From assembly GCA_964403585.1 (NCBI GenBank), contig CAYOFQ010000002.1, positions 5,667 through 69,666 of the forward strand: a stretch of DNA of 64,000 nt, written 5' to 3'. Shown piece by piece: positions 9,058 to 18,094 of the stretch; the stretch's first letter is position 1; every line of letters starts with the position of its first letter. Origin of the DNA: an uncultured Gammaproteobacteria bacterium. Its GTDB lineage: Bacteria; Patescibacteriota; Microgenomatia; JALYQM01. Under the pieces are notes generated by a model that had not been told where the DNA came from, made no database searches, and worked only from the letters and a program-made list of their open reading frames with translations. The position numbers were made by a program, and so were the translations under genes.

Positions 9058-10053
9058 TTACGGAAACAAGGTTTCAAACGAAGGACTATGCTCGAGGATT
9101 TCTCGCAGAAAAATATTCTTGGCAAAACGGTCAACTATTCCGGCAGCCGTATCCGTCAGTTCATCAGGCAATCGTCGCATCGTTATGCGTTGGTACATCG
9201 GATGAATCAGCGCGAAACCGTATTCAACAGTTCTCACCGCCAAATTACTAAAACCCATTTCCCGGCATTTCGAACGCAACTGTGCTTTATGTTCACGTAC
9301 AAGCCACTTTGGATCCTCTGTCGGATGTATCGATTGCAGCGCGTTATAGTAGTTTGGTATAGCCAACCGACCATCCAATTCCGCCCCGTTAATATCATCA
9401 TCAATCTGAGCCAACATCGTTGTGTAATGCAACCCCACCAGCGCCCGGCGAGTCCGTGTCACATCGCTACCTGCATCGAAGAAAACTGAATATTTAGCCA
9501 CCATCTCTTCAAAATTTCGCGGCATCTGAGCAAAGTTAAAACCAACTTCTTCTAATACCTGCGGACTCAGTAAAGACAAACAAAACGCCTCATACATAGC
9601 CACATCACAATGGACATGTTGCAGCTGTTGCTCCGGTGTCAGTTCACCTTGGTAGGTTGACAGAAACAAACTATCCCGGGAAAAATGACCAAAAGCAACA
9701 TCAGCTTCTCCACACGGCACTGCCGCAAATTTTTCAAAATACCGTTTGTGCAAACGTTGAGACATCTCTACTAATGCATCTCGATGATCTGTAGCACCGA
9801 CAGCTTTACGCTCAGCCGGTCGGCCAACATCAATATAGTCATTCAAGGCCGTCAGAGCCACCAAATACGCATCCAAGCCGCGCACCCTCTCGGCGATAGT
9901 ACCCTGCAAATAATCGGGGAATAAACATTCCACTGCCGAAACAATCGTCGCCGTCGTTACGGGCAAAGTTAACCCAGGTTCTTTTCGCTTCTCAGCGGCC
10001 ACAACCCGTCCAACTTCAATAAAAGAACTCACACCTTCAGAGAAACTTGCCAT
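9058..10053 (-). CDS. Isoprenoid-synthase-fold protein (terpene synthase / prenyl-diphosphate synthase-like, degenerate Asp-rich motifs)
   Basis: The track ORF extends to 10149, but that would overlap the divergent P450 start. The internal ATG at 10053 (MASFSEGVSS) is preceded by TATAAT 9 nt upstream (leaderless). Asp-rich motifs LNDYIDVGRPAERK (~aa 70) and AQIDDDINGAELD (~aa 220) sit at FARM/SARM-like or DDxxD/NSE-like spacing. Confidence 0.35.
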   Translation of the reverse strand: MASFSEGVSSFIEVGRVVAAEKRKEPGLTLPVTTATIVSAVECLFPDYLQGTIAERVRGLDAYLVALTALNDYIDVGRPAERKAVGATDHRDALVEMSQRLHKRYFEKFAAVPCGEADVAFGHFSRDSLFLSTYQGELTPEQQLQHVHCDVAMYEAFCLSLLSPQVLEEVGFNFAQMPRNFEEMVAKYSVFFDAGSDVTRTRRALVGLHYTTMLAQIDDDINGAELDGRLAIPNYYNALQSIHPTEDPKWLVREHKAQLRSKCREMGFSNLAVRTVEYGFALIHPMYQRITMRRLPDELTDTAAGIVDRFAKNIFLREILEHSPSFETLFP

Positions 10054-10115
10054 ATCGCGAATTATACCATTACTAAGCAAAAAAGCATAAATATGATACA
10101 ATCCGTTCTTAATAT

Positions 10116-11567
10116 ATGAACGAATTAGTTCGGGAAATTGGATATGCACTCCACAGCAGGATAGCGGTGGAAACCCGCCGCGCCCTGGCGCCTAATCAAA
10201 CTCCGGGGCCTCGGAAACTTAATCCGCTACTCGGATGTTTACCGGAAGTCAGCACAGGACTTCTTGAATATATAGATACCGTCGCGCATCAGTTTCCTGA
10301 AATAGCGTTCTATCATGCCGGCGCTGCTATCTGTCAGGTTACCGATCCTGGGTTGGTGCGGCAAGTGTTGGCAGTGCAGCACGAAAAAACCCAGGCCATA
10401 GTTTTCCCGCGCACGGCCATGCGTTCCACCTTAGGCGAAGGAGTATTATTTAGCCAGGGCACCAAATGGCGCAACTCCCGCGAAGCAATGCAACCACAAT
10501 TTCATCACGGGAAACTGGAAAATTTCGCCGATATTGTCCACTCGGTATTGGATGAAACAGTCGACCAACTCAAATCATACCAAGAAACCGGCGCTACCTT
10601 TGACCTTAACAACGCCATGTCCGAAATGACTTTAAAAATCGTTCTGCGATCACTCTTTTGTCAGGACCTACCGCTGCAGGATTACCGTTCCATCATCGAC
10701 TTCACTATTAGATACAACGAGCTTTTTGTAGATACCCTCACTAAATCTCCTCTCTCACTTGTCAATCTGTTACTGGACAACAAATGGGACAAAAACGTCC
10801 GCAAGCTTCACGATATCGTCGAACAGGCAGATATCATTTTCGACCGGCTTATCGATCACCACCTCGAATATCCGCCCGGAACCTTTGACGACCTCTTATC
10901 ACTATTTATGAATATTCAATTTGAAGGACAACCAAACACACGAGAACAAGTCAAAAACGAAATCCGCACCTTCATACTCGCCGGGCACGACACCTCTGCG
11001 CGAGGTTTAACCTGGCTCTGGTACAACCTTTCTCAAAAACCGGAATGTATCGCCAAACTAACAGGTGAATTACAAGCCACCGGTAAAAACGCGCGCGAAT
11101 TAGGTCCGCATGATCTCAGAGAACTTCCGTACCACCGTGCCACCATTGAAGAAAGCCTGCGACTACACCCGCCTTCTTGGGTAAATTTACGCATGGCCAA
11201 AGAAAACCTGGCCCTAAAAAGTTCGAGCGGTAAGGATTATTTCGTCCCGCGGGGTACATACATTATTGTCAGTCCGTATGGCACCCACCGCAGCCCTGCG
11301 TATTGGGAAAATGCCGAACAATTCAATCCGGAAAGATTTCTTCTGCCGAATAGAAAAACAATCCACCCCGGCGCCTTCTTTCCGTTTGGCGGCGGTCCTC
11401 GTCATTGCATTGGCCAGGGCTTTGCTATGACGGAAATGCAGTTAGCAGTAGCACGACTTAATTCCGAATTTGCTATTCAAATAATTACCGGAGAAGTTGA
11501 ACCAATGGCCTCACTTGTGCTTCGAGCTAAAAACCCCATTATGGCTAAAGTAACACAAAAAGAATAA
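10116..11567 (+). CDS. Cytochrome P450 monooxygenase
   Basis: 483 aa. Heme-binding loop FPFGGGPRHCIGQGFA, I-helix AGHDTSA, ExxR motif ESLRLHPP and an N-terminal PGPRKLNPLLG. Confidence 0.9.
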   Translation: MNELVREIGYALHSRIAVETRRALAPNQTPGPRKLNPLLGCLPEVSTGLLEYIDTVAHQFPEIAFYHAGAAICQVTDPGLVRQVLAVQHEKTQAIVFPRTAMRSTLGEGVLFSQGTKWRNSREAMQPQFHHGKLENFADIVHSVLDETVDQLKSYQETGATFDLNNAMSEMTLKIVLRSLFCQDLPLQDYRSIIDFTIRYNELFVDTLTKSPLSLVNLLLDNKWDKNVRKLHDIVEQADIIFDRLIDHHLEYPPGTFDDLLSLFMNIQFEGQPNTREQVKNEIRTFILAGHDTSARGLTWLWYNLSQKPECIAKLTGELQATGKNARELGPHDLRELPYHRATIEESLRLHPPSWVNLRMAKENLALKSSSGKDYFVPRGTYIIVSPYGTHRSPAYWENAEQFNPERFLLPNRKTIHPGAFFPFGGGPRHCIGQGFAMTEMQLAVARLNSEFAIQIITGEVEPMASLVLRAKNPIMAKVTQKE

Positions 11568-11611
11568 CTCACCACTACTTAACTGGATTCTTCTTTGTTA
11601 TTATTAAATCG

Positions 11612-14203
11612 ATGCTTAAGCGACTGCTCACTTTTCTACTGCTTCTATCACTCTCGATATTTATTTTTCCGGGCAAAGTCCACGCGGCGTATTCCCTTGC
11701 TGGAAGCAACTCCTTCACCGGAACCAGCAGCGTCGCCATGCCAATTACAGATTTACAAATTAGTGGCACCGGTACCGAACCAATCAATGTAAAACTATTA
11801 GTTACCAGTGGAACACTTTCCATGTCTACCACCACCGGACTTACCTTCGATGGCAGCTCCAGCGGTTCTACAATCTATTTCAGCGGAACACTTACCAATA
11901 TCAATAACGCCTTAGCAACACTCACCTACACCAGAGCTTCAACCGGAACTGATACACTCGAAGTGTCACTGGTCCCGCGCGGTGAAGTTTTTTTTACAGA
12001 CAATAACCACTTATATAAATTTATCTCCGGAACCATCACCGCCAACAGTGCCCGTACCTCAGCCGCAGCACAAACCGCATACGGGGCCACCGGCTATCTT
12101 GCCACTATCACCTCCCAAGCCGAAAACGATTTCGTTGCAAACCGTCTCCAGGGTGATGGGTGGATCGGTGGCAGCGACGCCACTTCTGAAGGCACTTGGA
12201 AATGGATCACTGGACCTGAAACCGACACAACCTTCTGGTCTGGCGCATCAGGTGGAAGCACCGTAGGTGGCAATTACGCCAACTGGGCCTCCGGCGAACC
12301 AAATGACTGGGGTGGCAACGAAGACTGTATCCAGTTTTATATCACCAGCCGCAACTGGAACGATCTACCTTGCACTGGAAACACCCTTTCCGGGTATGTT
12401 GTCGAGTTTGGAGCACCGGGAGATCTACCCAGTGTCGTCGCCAAAAATATTTCTATCACTACCAGTAACGCACCAACCGTGAACACCTTCAGCCCTCTGG
12501 ATAACGCTACTAATATTTCCACCACCTCCAACCTTACATTGACGTTTAATCAAACTATCACTAAAGGTACGGGGAATATTCTCATTAAAAAAACTTCCGA
12601 CAACTCCACCGTTGAAACCATCGATGTCACCAGCTCGCAGGTTACCGGCCAAAGCACCAGCACTATTACTATCGACCCAAACACTACACTCGATGAAAAC
12701 ACCTCCTATTACATCACTATCCCAAATACCGCTTTTAAAAATGGCAGCAACGCGTTTTATACCGGCATCTCCACAACTACTGGCTGGAATTTTACCACCG
12801 GAGATTTCACTAACCCCGGCTTAAGCAGCATAACTGCCACATCAATTTCTAATTCCGGAGCAACTATCACCTGGGCGTCTACCGAGAGTTCGTCATCCCG
12901 GGTAACCTACGGACTCACGACATCATACGGCACTCAAACCTCCGAAACAGATACCTCTCCACGCGTCACATCTCATTCAGTTGCATTAACCGGTTTACTC
13001 GCCTGCACGACCTATCATTACACTGTCACATCACGCGATGCTTCCTCAAATAGCAGCACTTCCTCAGATAATTCATTTACTACCACCGGCTGTGAGGCTA
13101 GCCAAACTCCAGTCGACACCAACACCGAAACCATAACTACAACAACCGGCGGAACAACTACTCTTGAGGAAAACAACAACGAACTGACCGTCCAGGCACC
13201 GGGCAATTTCACTACTGCCGCATCGTCGGTTGTAATCCAAATCAAAGCAGTCGAAAGTTCACCGGTATTAAGTGCAACCGGTAAACCAACCGAAGTCCCC
13301 TTACCGGTCGGCAATATCGTCTTCGATGTTAAAGCCATTATTAATGGAACAACCGTGTTAGATTCATTTGATCAACCGGTCACGATCACCTACCACTATA
13401 CCGATGCAGATATCGTTGGCATCAAAGAAGAAACGCTCAGACTGTATCATTACCACAATAACACCTGGGAAGAACTCGACTCCTGTTATGTTAACCAGAC
13501 TACCAACACCATTTCCTGCACCACCGACAGTTTCTCAATTTTCGCGCTGTTTGGGAAATCCATCAACAGCCCAACCGCTCAAGTTGCTACAACCAACAAC
13601 GGTCCGGCCACATGCGGCTCATCCGTTCCGTCTACGCCCACACTATTTCAAATTGACGCAGCTCAAACCCAAGCCAAGGTATACCTCTCACCCGTTAGTA
13701 ATCCGGTTACCAACTACTTTATTTCCTACGGATACTCACCAAACGAAGAACGCTTTGGCACCTTCACCAACCTAAACCAGTCTACGGGAGTTCTTTCATA
13801 CACCGTCAACTTTTTAAGTGCCAACACCACCTACTATTTCAAACTACGCGCCTACAACGACTGCATGCCGGGCAATTGGAGTAACGAGATGAAGATCACC
13901 ACCCATAAACGCTTATCCGGCAGCACCGTGTACTATAAAAACTCACCCACACACACGCTCTCGGTTTTCCCCAGCCCGCTCAAAAACATTCCCTCCGTTC
14001 TCATATCGCAAAACAACACCTCCCGCATTCTCGGAGCTACAACCGGCACTACCTGTGAATATACTGTCCAATCGGGTGATTCACTCTGGACCATTGCATC
14101 CCAAAAACTCGGTGCCGGCTGGAAATACCAATCGATCATGGAGCAAAACAATTTAAATTCTACTTTCTTGAAGACAGGCTCCGTCTTAAGAATTGGCTGT
14201 TAA
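11612..14203 (+). CDS. Large secreted surface protein with C-type lectin, Ig-like/FN3 and C-terminal LysM domains
   Basis: 863 aa with signal peptide MLKRLLTFLLLLSLSIFIFPGKVHA. CTLD core is WIGGSD...EGTWKW...GEPND...EDC. The FN3-like segment is ATITWASTESSSSRVTYG...YHYTVTSRD. LysM is YTVQSGDSLWTIASQKLG...GSVLRI. Confidence 0.75.
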   Translation: MLKRLLTFLLLLSLSIFIFPGKVHAAYSLAGSNSFTGTSSVAMPITDLQISGTGTEPINVKLLVTSGTLSMSTTTGLTFDGSSSGSTIYFSGTLTNINNALATLTYTRASTGTDTLEVSLVPRGEVFFTDNNHLYKFISGTITANSARTSAAAQTAYGATGYLATITSQAENDFVANRLQGDGWIGGSDATSEGTWKWITGPETDTTFWSGASGGSTVGGNYANWASGEPNDWGGNEDCIQFYITSRNWNDLPCTGNTLSGYVVEFGAPGDLPSVVAKNISITTSNAPTVNTFSPLDNATNISTTSNLTLTFNQTITKGTGNILIKKTSDNSTVETIDVTSSQVTGQSTSTITIDPNTTLDENTSYYITIPNTAFKNGSNAFYTGISTTTGWNFTTGDFTNPGLSSITATSISNSGATITWASTESSSSRVTYGLTTSYGTQTSETDTSPRVTSHSVALTGLLACTTYHYTVTSRDASSNSSTSSDNSFTTTGCEASQTPVDTNTETITTTTGGTTTLEENNNELTVQAPGNFTTAASSVVIQIKAVESSPVLSATGKPTEVPLPVGNIVFDVKAIINGTTVLDSFDQPVTITYHYTDADIVGIKEETLRLYHYHNNTWEELDSCYVNQTTNTISCTTDSFSIFALFGKSINSPTAQVATTNNGPATCGSSVPSTPTLFQIDAAQTQAKVYLSPVSNPVTNYFISYGYSPNEERFGTFTNLNQSTGVLSYTVNFLSANTTYYFKLRAYNDCMPGNWSNEMKITTHKRLSGSTVYYKNSPTHTLSVFPSPLKNIPSVLISQNNTSRILGATTGTTCEYTVQSGDSLWTIASQKLGAGWKYQSIMEQNNLNSTFLKTGSVLRIGC

Positions 14204-14755
14204 TACTTTAAAAGTAATGCTTGTTCTCATCGCAGTAGTTTGTTCTACCTTAATTCTCTCGAGCCGTATCTTATCCGCATCGAGGTTATCTAACAATCGA
14301 AGTCCTTTGCCAATCAAAACCGGCATAATATCTACCGACAATTCATCACATAATCCCGCATTGAGACATTGTCGGATCGTATCCGGCCCACCGATTACCT
14401 GAACCATTTTTTCTCCGGCAGCTTTCCTTGCTTTTGCCACAGCACTTTCAATACCATCCGAAACAAACGTTACGCTCAGTCGACCATTTCCTTGAGGATA
14501 CTTTTCAGGAGGAGTATGCGTTAAAATAAACAGCGGAACCTGAAATTCATAATCATCATTAATCCATTCAAACGGATCGGCCATTTCATATACATGCCTG
14601 CCCATTACCACTGCACCGGTGTTTGCAATCATCTCTTGGAATGAATGAACAGTATGCAACTCTTCAAAGTCAGTATACAGTCTATCTACACTGCCGTTAC
14701 TGTCCTGAACAAATCCGTCCAGTGACATCGTCATACCTGCAACTACTTTACTCAT
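14186..14755 (-). CDS. Dihydrofolate reductase family protein (RibD_C domain)
   Basis: 189 aa. MSLDGFV...VMGRHVYE...PLFILTHT...VIGGPDTIRQCLNAGLCDEL..VLIGKGLRL. Confidence 0.7.
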   Translation of the reverse strand: MSKVVAGMTMSLDGFVQDSNGSVDRLYTDFEELHTVHSFQEMIANTGAVVMGRHVYEMADPFEWINDDYEFQVPLFILTHTPPEKYPQGNGRLSVTFVSDGIESAVAKARKAAGEKMVQVIGGPDTIRQCLNAGLCDELSVDIMPVLIGKGLRLLDNLDADKIRLERIKVEQTTAMRTSITFKVLTANS

Positions 14756-14773
14756 AGAGGAATTATACCAAAG

Positions 14774-15205
14774 TTAGGATTTCCACAATATGCGGTCAAT
14801 CGGACCTTTTTGGGACTGTAACTTTATATTCTCATACGACTGCCGCACAATTTGTTCAAGTACTGTCATATCAACATCGCTAAGTCGTTTAATATAAATA
14901 CAATATCCGGTAAGAGTGTGCTTCCCCAACTTCGCCAGTAACACCGAATAACGTGCAGTCCCATCCATCAGGTAAATAGTAATCTTCCCTTTGCGTGGAT
15001 AAAAACCAATCACCAGAGCATCACCTTCCCGGCCACTGTCATATTTGTAATGATACGTATCGAAACCGAGAGTTCCTTCATTCCATTTTTGCGGGATATG
15101 TCCACTTATTCGCTGCATCATCGCCAGTAATTTATGACTGTCTTCAATAGTTTGCGCATCGGTAAGTGAATCAATATAATCTGCAACTGAGCTGTCAGAT
15201 TTCAT
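14774..15205 (-). CDS. DUF1801 family protein (paralog of 8610-9038)
   Basis: 143 aa. GFDTYHYKYDSGREGDALVIGFYPRK...LGKHTLTGYCIYIKRLSDVD. Confidence 0.6.
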   Translation of the reverse strand: MKSDSSVADYIDSLTDAQTIEDSHKLLAMMQRISGHIPQKWNEGTLGFDTYHYKYDSGREGDALVIGFYPRKGKITIYLMDGTARYSVLLAKLGKHTLTGYCIYIKRLSDVDMTVLEQIVRQSYENIKLQSQKGPIDRILWKS

Positions 15206-15395
15206 GTATTAGTTTTCCTTTCGTGTCATACTTCATCCACGGTTTCGCCAATTTTCCCGCCACAAAATATCCCGTCTTTAGTTTAGTTGCATCCCTGCGA
15301 TACCATTTCCAATACCCTTCACGTTTTCCATCTTTAAGCTTTCCTATTGCATGAATTGATCCATCTGAATAATACGTAACACTGGAAATCTTCAT
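15195..15395 (-). CDS. MORN-repeat (YwqK-like) small protein
   Basis: 66 aa. YYSDGSIHAIGKLKDGKREGYWKWY is a MORN repeat variant. Start and stop overlap the neighbours, so it is part of the operon. Confidence 0.5.
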   Translation of the reverse strand: MKISSVTYYSDGSIHAIGKLKDGKREGYWKWYRRDATKLKTGYFVAGKLAKPWMKYDTKGKLIHEI

Positions 15396-16000
15396 AAGAC
15401 ATTGTATCTGATATGTGTCACAAAGCTGGTTCCACTCACTTCAATTGGTTCAAGTTTAAGATTAGGCACTCCTTCGAAAAGTCGTGACCCTGTTCCGATC
15501 GTTACCGGCACAATATGTAACCACAGTTCATCAATAAATCCGCCGGCCAAATATTGATTTATCGTGCTCGCGCCTCCCATAATCTTAACATTCCTATTCC
15601 CGACAGCCTCTTTAGCCTGTGTGAGAGCCGACTCAATACCATCAGTTACAAAGAAAAATGTCGTTCCACCTTCCATATTAATCGGTGCACGCGCTTTATG
15701 AGAAAGCACAAACACCGGAGCATGGTACGGAGGATCGTCACCCCACCACCCCTTCCATTCAGGATTATCACGTCTGTCACGAGGCCCAAACATGTTACTC
15801 CCCATAATAAACGCACCCGCATCAAGAATAGCGTCAATTTCTTTGGTATGTTTATGCTTTTCGGGTTCGGCAAACATCCAGCGATCAAGTAAATCGGCGT
15901 CAAAATTATCTCCAAACGGGTGTTCAAAACTCTGGTTCACACCGGCGCCAAACCCGTCCAAAAAAATAGTCAACCCTGCAGTAACTTTTGTTTTATTCAT
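15392..16000 (-). CDS. Dihydrofolate reductase family protein (RibD_C domain), second paralog
   Basis: The track ORF runs to 16051. The likely start is MNKTKV at 16000, which overlaps the upstream stop by ATGA. Motifs FLDGFGAG..., VFVLSHK..., IMGGASTINQYLAGGFIDELWLHIVPVTIGTGSRLF. Confidence 0.7.
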   Translation of the reverse strand: MNKTKVTAGLTIFLDGFGAGVNQSFEHPFGDNFDADLLDRWMFAEPEKHKHTKEIDAILDAGAFIMGSNMFGPRDRRDNPEWKGWWGDDPPYHAPVFVLSHKARAPINMEGGTTFFFVTDGIESALTQAKEAVGNRNVKIMGGASTINQYLAGGFIDELWLHIVPVTIGTGSRLFEGVPNLKLEPIEVSGTSFVTHIRYNVL

Positions 16001-16440
16001 AATTCTTGAGCTAGCCCAATGAGAATTCCTTCGGGTCCACGGATATAACAAAGCCGATACGAATGCTCATATTGGACCACTTCACCAACTAGCTGTGCAC
16101 CTTTCTTCTGAAGTCTTGTTAAAGTATCGTCGATATCCTGTACAGTAAACATAACCCGCAAGTAACCAAGCGCATTTACTGGAGCATTCCGATGATCGGC
16201 AATAACAGACGGAGCAATAAAACGCGAAAGCTCCAGGCGACTATGCCCGTCCGGGGTAACCATCATCGCAATCTCTACTCGCTGATTACCCAAACCCGTC
16301 ACTCTTCCGGCCCATTCACCTTCTACCATACCGCGTCCTTCCAGTGTCAGACCGAGTTCGGTAAAAAAGGCAATCGCCTCATCGAGAGACTCCACAACAA
16401 TACCGACGTTATCCATCCGTTTCAAGTTAGATGCGCTCAT
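15997..16440 (-). CDS. VOC/glyoxalase family protein
   Basis: 147 aa. MDNVGIVVESLDEAIAFFTELG...GPEGILIGLAQ is glyoxalase/bleomycin-resistance-like. Confidence 0.65.
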   Translation of the reverse strand: MSASNLKRMDNVGIVVESLDEAIAFFTELGLTLEGRGMVEGEWAGRVTGLGNQRVEIAMMVTPDGHSRLELSRFIAPSVIADHRNAPVNALGYLRVMFTVQDIDDTLTRLQKKGAQLVGEVVQYEHSYRLCYIRGPEGILIGLAQEL

Positions 16441-16811
16441 CCTTCTACCTCTACCTGAAATCCGCCATACGCCATTCGCTTCATATCTACAGGCATCTCA
16501 AAATCTTTAAAATCCATCTGTCCCATTTCCTCCATAACCTTAGCATTCACTTCATCACGATGTTCTTTTGAGTTAAAAACAATAAACGAAAACCAGACGT
16601 TCTCATCACCACTGGCACCCATAACTTCCGGAAAAGCACGTGACTTCTCATCACCCATTTCCTGAGGAGCAAGTTCACTGCCACGGCATTCATAGTACTC
16701 CAGCGCACCATGCTTCATCCACGACTCCTTACCCATTTCAGCCATTTTCTTGTAGTCCTCCTCTTTACCCTTAGGAACAACCAGTACAAATCCGTCTACA
16801 TATTTTGCCAT
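16437..16811 (-). CDS. DUF1428 family protein
   Basis: 124 aa. MAKYVDGFVLVVPKGK...LEYYECRGSEL. Confidence 0.55.
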   Translation of the reverse strand: MAKYVDGFVLVVPKGKEEDYKKMAEMGKESWMKHGALEYYECRGSELAPQEMGDEKSRAFPEVMGASGDENVWFSFIVFNSKEHRDEVNAKVMEEMGQMDFKDFEMPVDMKRMAYGGFQVEVEG

Positions 16812-16845
16812 ATAAAATTCCTTCCTTTTACTAATAAAATATATT

Positions 16846-17331
16846 TTATTCTGAAACCGGACTCCAATTTTTAATATTCTTCATCAATTCCCTACACTCA
16901 TCTCGCAACACTCCGCCAGCAACCGAAATACTTCTGCCATCAAAGGTAACTAATCGCTTACCATGCTCCTCGGCATGATAATCTCTCAACTCATACGGAT
17001 TCGGCTGAACATCTTCTTTGTAAGCACCAAAAACAATCCGGGACACCCCGGACCATCCTGCACAACCAAGACACATCGAACATGATTCTAACGTTGAATA
17101 GAGAGTACACCCGGATAAGTCTAAACTACCAAGTTTTTGGCATGCATTGCGTAAACACTCAGTCTCACCATGAGCAGAGGGATCTTTCTTAGGCCAAACT
17201 AAACTCCATCCGGTAGAAATAACGTCGTCACCCTTTACAAGAATAGCTCCAATCGGCGCACCTCCCGCAGCCTGTGACTTCTTCGCTTCCTCAATAGCTA
17301 ATCTAACATAGTATTCATACTTGTCATTCAT
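16846..17331 (-). CDS. Cytidine/deoxycytidylate-type nucleoside deaminase (zinc-binding)
   Basis: 161 aa. HGETECL and ESCSMC zinc ligands (HxE...PCxxC). TATAAT 7 nt before the ATG (leaderless). Confidence 0.75.
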   Translation of the reverse strand: MNDKYEYYVRLAIEEAKKSQAAGGAPIGAILVKGDDVISTGWSLVWPKKDPSAHGETECLRNACQKLGSLDLSGCTLYSTLESCSMCLGCAGWSGVSRIVFGAYKEDVQPNPYELRDYHAEEHGKRLVTFDGRSISVAGGVLRDECRELMKNIKNWSPVSE

Positions 17332-17372
17332 AATGTAATTATATCGTAGTTGGAAGATTTGAGATAATACTA

Positions 17373-17400
17373 AAAAAGGGCTTCATAAAGCCCTTAAAAA
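17373..17400. terminator. Bidirectional intrinsic terminator aaaaAAGGGCTTcataAAGCCCTTaaaaa
   Basis: 8-bp GC-containing stem with A-run and T-run on both sides. It abuts the direct repeat at 17403. Confidence 0.6.
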
Positions 17401-17402
17401 TC

Positions 17403-17418
17403 TGCTCCCCGACTGGGA
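17403..17418. repeat. Direct repeat of the tRNA-Asn 3' end (TGCTCCCCGACTGGGA vs TGCTCCCCGACTAGGA at 18403-18418), att-like
   Basis: 15 of 16 positions are identical and in the same orientation, 1 kb downstream of the tRNA 3' end. Confidence 0.55.
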
Positions 17419-17455
17419 CGTTATTCGGACTGAGATGTACTTGAGAAATTATTTT

Positions 17456-17519
17456 TTATAGTTTGTTTCGGCTTCTATTTGCCTCATCAGATAGAGATAA
17501 CTCTATGACAAACTACAAC
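17456..17519 (-). ncRNA. Hammerhead ribozyme, type III (helices I and II closed, III open)
   Basis: Minus-strand RNA GUAGUUUG-UC|AUAGAG-UUAU-CUCUAU-CUGAUGA-GGC-AAAUAGAA-GCC-GAAAC-AAACUAU. All invariant core nucleotides are present (CUGAUGA, GAAA, GUC cleavage triplet). Helix I is 6 bp with a UUAU loop, helix II 3 bp, helix III at least 8 bp. Predicted cleavage is after the C complementary to plus 17507. Confidence 0.75.
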
Positions 17520-17713
17520 ACGAGGAAATTATGAAACTATACTTAAAGCAAAAAACTAATTCTTCGACTTTCGTCAAAGCAAGTCTTATGCAATGAGCAT
17601 ATGTTCATCGCTTCCTCGTACTGTAGTTTGTATAAAACCCTTCGATTGTTTCGCGCAATGCGCAAGTACAATTCTTTAGTCGGGAGGGCCAAAGACAAAA
17701 CTTTCAGATGCGA

Positions 17714-18094
17714 CTACTCCGCCCAGGGATCGAAATCAGTTTCGGTAAGTTCTACCACTCGCGGATGCTTCTGCAGCTCGGCAAGTTCGACCTCCGAAAC
17801 GTTTTCGAAGAAACATCCTGCATAAGAGACAACCATTTGGTCATCCCTCATCTGGTTGAGCTCAACAATCGCGTCGGGATAGAGCGGCTGCTCCATTCCA
17901 CCGTGATTTATGAACCACTGCTTCTTACCTTCGGCTACAGCCTCGGCGGGAGTTAACGATCGCGGCACGATGATCCAGCCGTGGCCACAAATCAAGGCTC
18001 CAGCATTGAGCGGGAACTCGTCTTCGAATCGCGAGATCACACAACCCCAATAATTTTTGCCGGCGGTCTGATTGGCGATGTTCGATGCGTTCAT
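17714..18094 (-). CDS. Hypothetical protein (GC-rich, compositionally atypical), cargo of the tRNA-associated mini-island
   Basis: 126 aa, no signal peptide, GC about 50% versus about 35% for the flanks. It is preceded by promoter-leader module L5. Confidence 0.5.
   Translation of the reverse strand: MNASNIANQTAGKNYWGCVISRFEDEFPLNAGALICGHGWIIVPRSLTPAEAVAEGKKQWFINHGGMEQPLYPDAIVELNQMRDDQMVVSYAGCFFENVSEVELAELQKHPRVVELTETDFDPWAE

Noticed and set aside
8865-9489. Plus-strand ORFs 8865-9251 and 9088-9489
   Set aside because: They are antisense to the DUF1801 and isoprenoid-synthase-like genes, which have recognisable motifs. No RBS or promoter supports them.
10054-10149. 5' extension of ORF 9058-10149 overlapping the P450 start
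   Set aside because: It would make two divergent genes overlap at their 5' ends. The internal ATG at 10053 has a TATAAT 9 nt upstream, which leaves a sensible 62-bp divergent promoter region.
17403-17690. Second intron-containing tRNA suggested by long-range pairing CCCGACU/AGUCGGG and the tRNA-like 3' tail
   Set aside because: There is no D-arm, anticodon arm or T-arm. The 3' tail is explained as a direct repeat of the tRNA-Asn 3' end (att-like). The internal conserved core is a hammerhead ribozyme, not a tRNA or group I intron.
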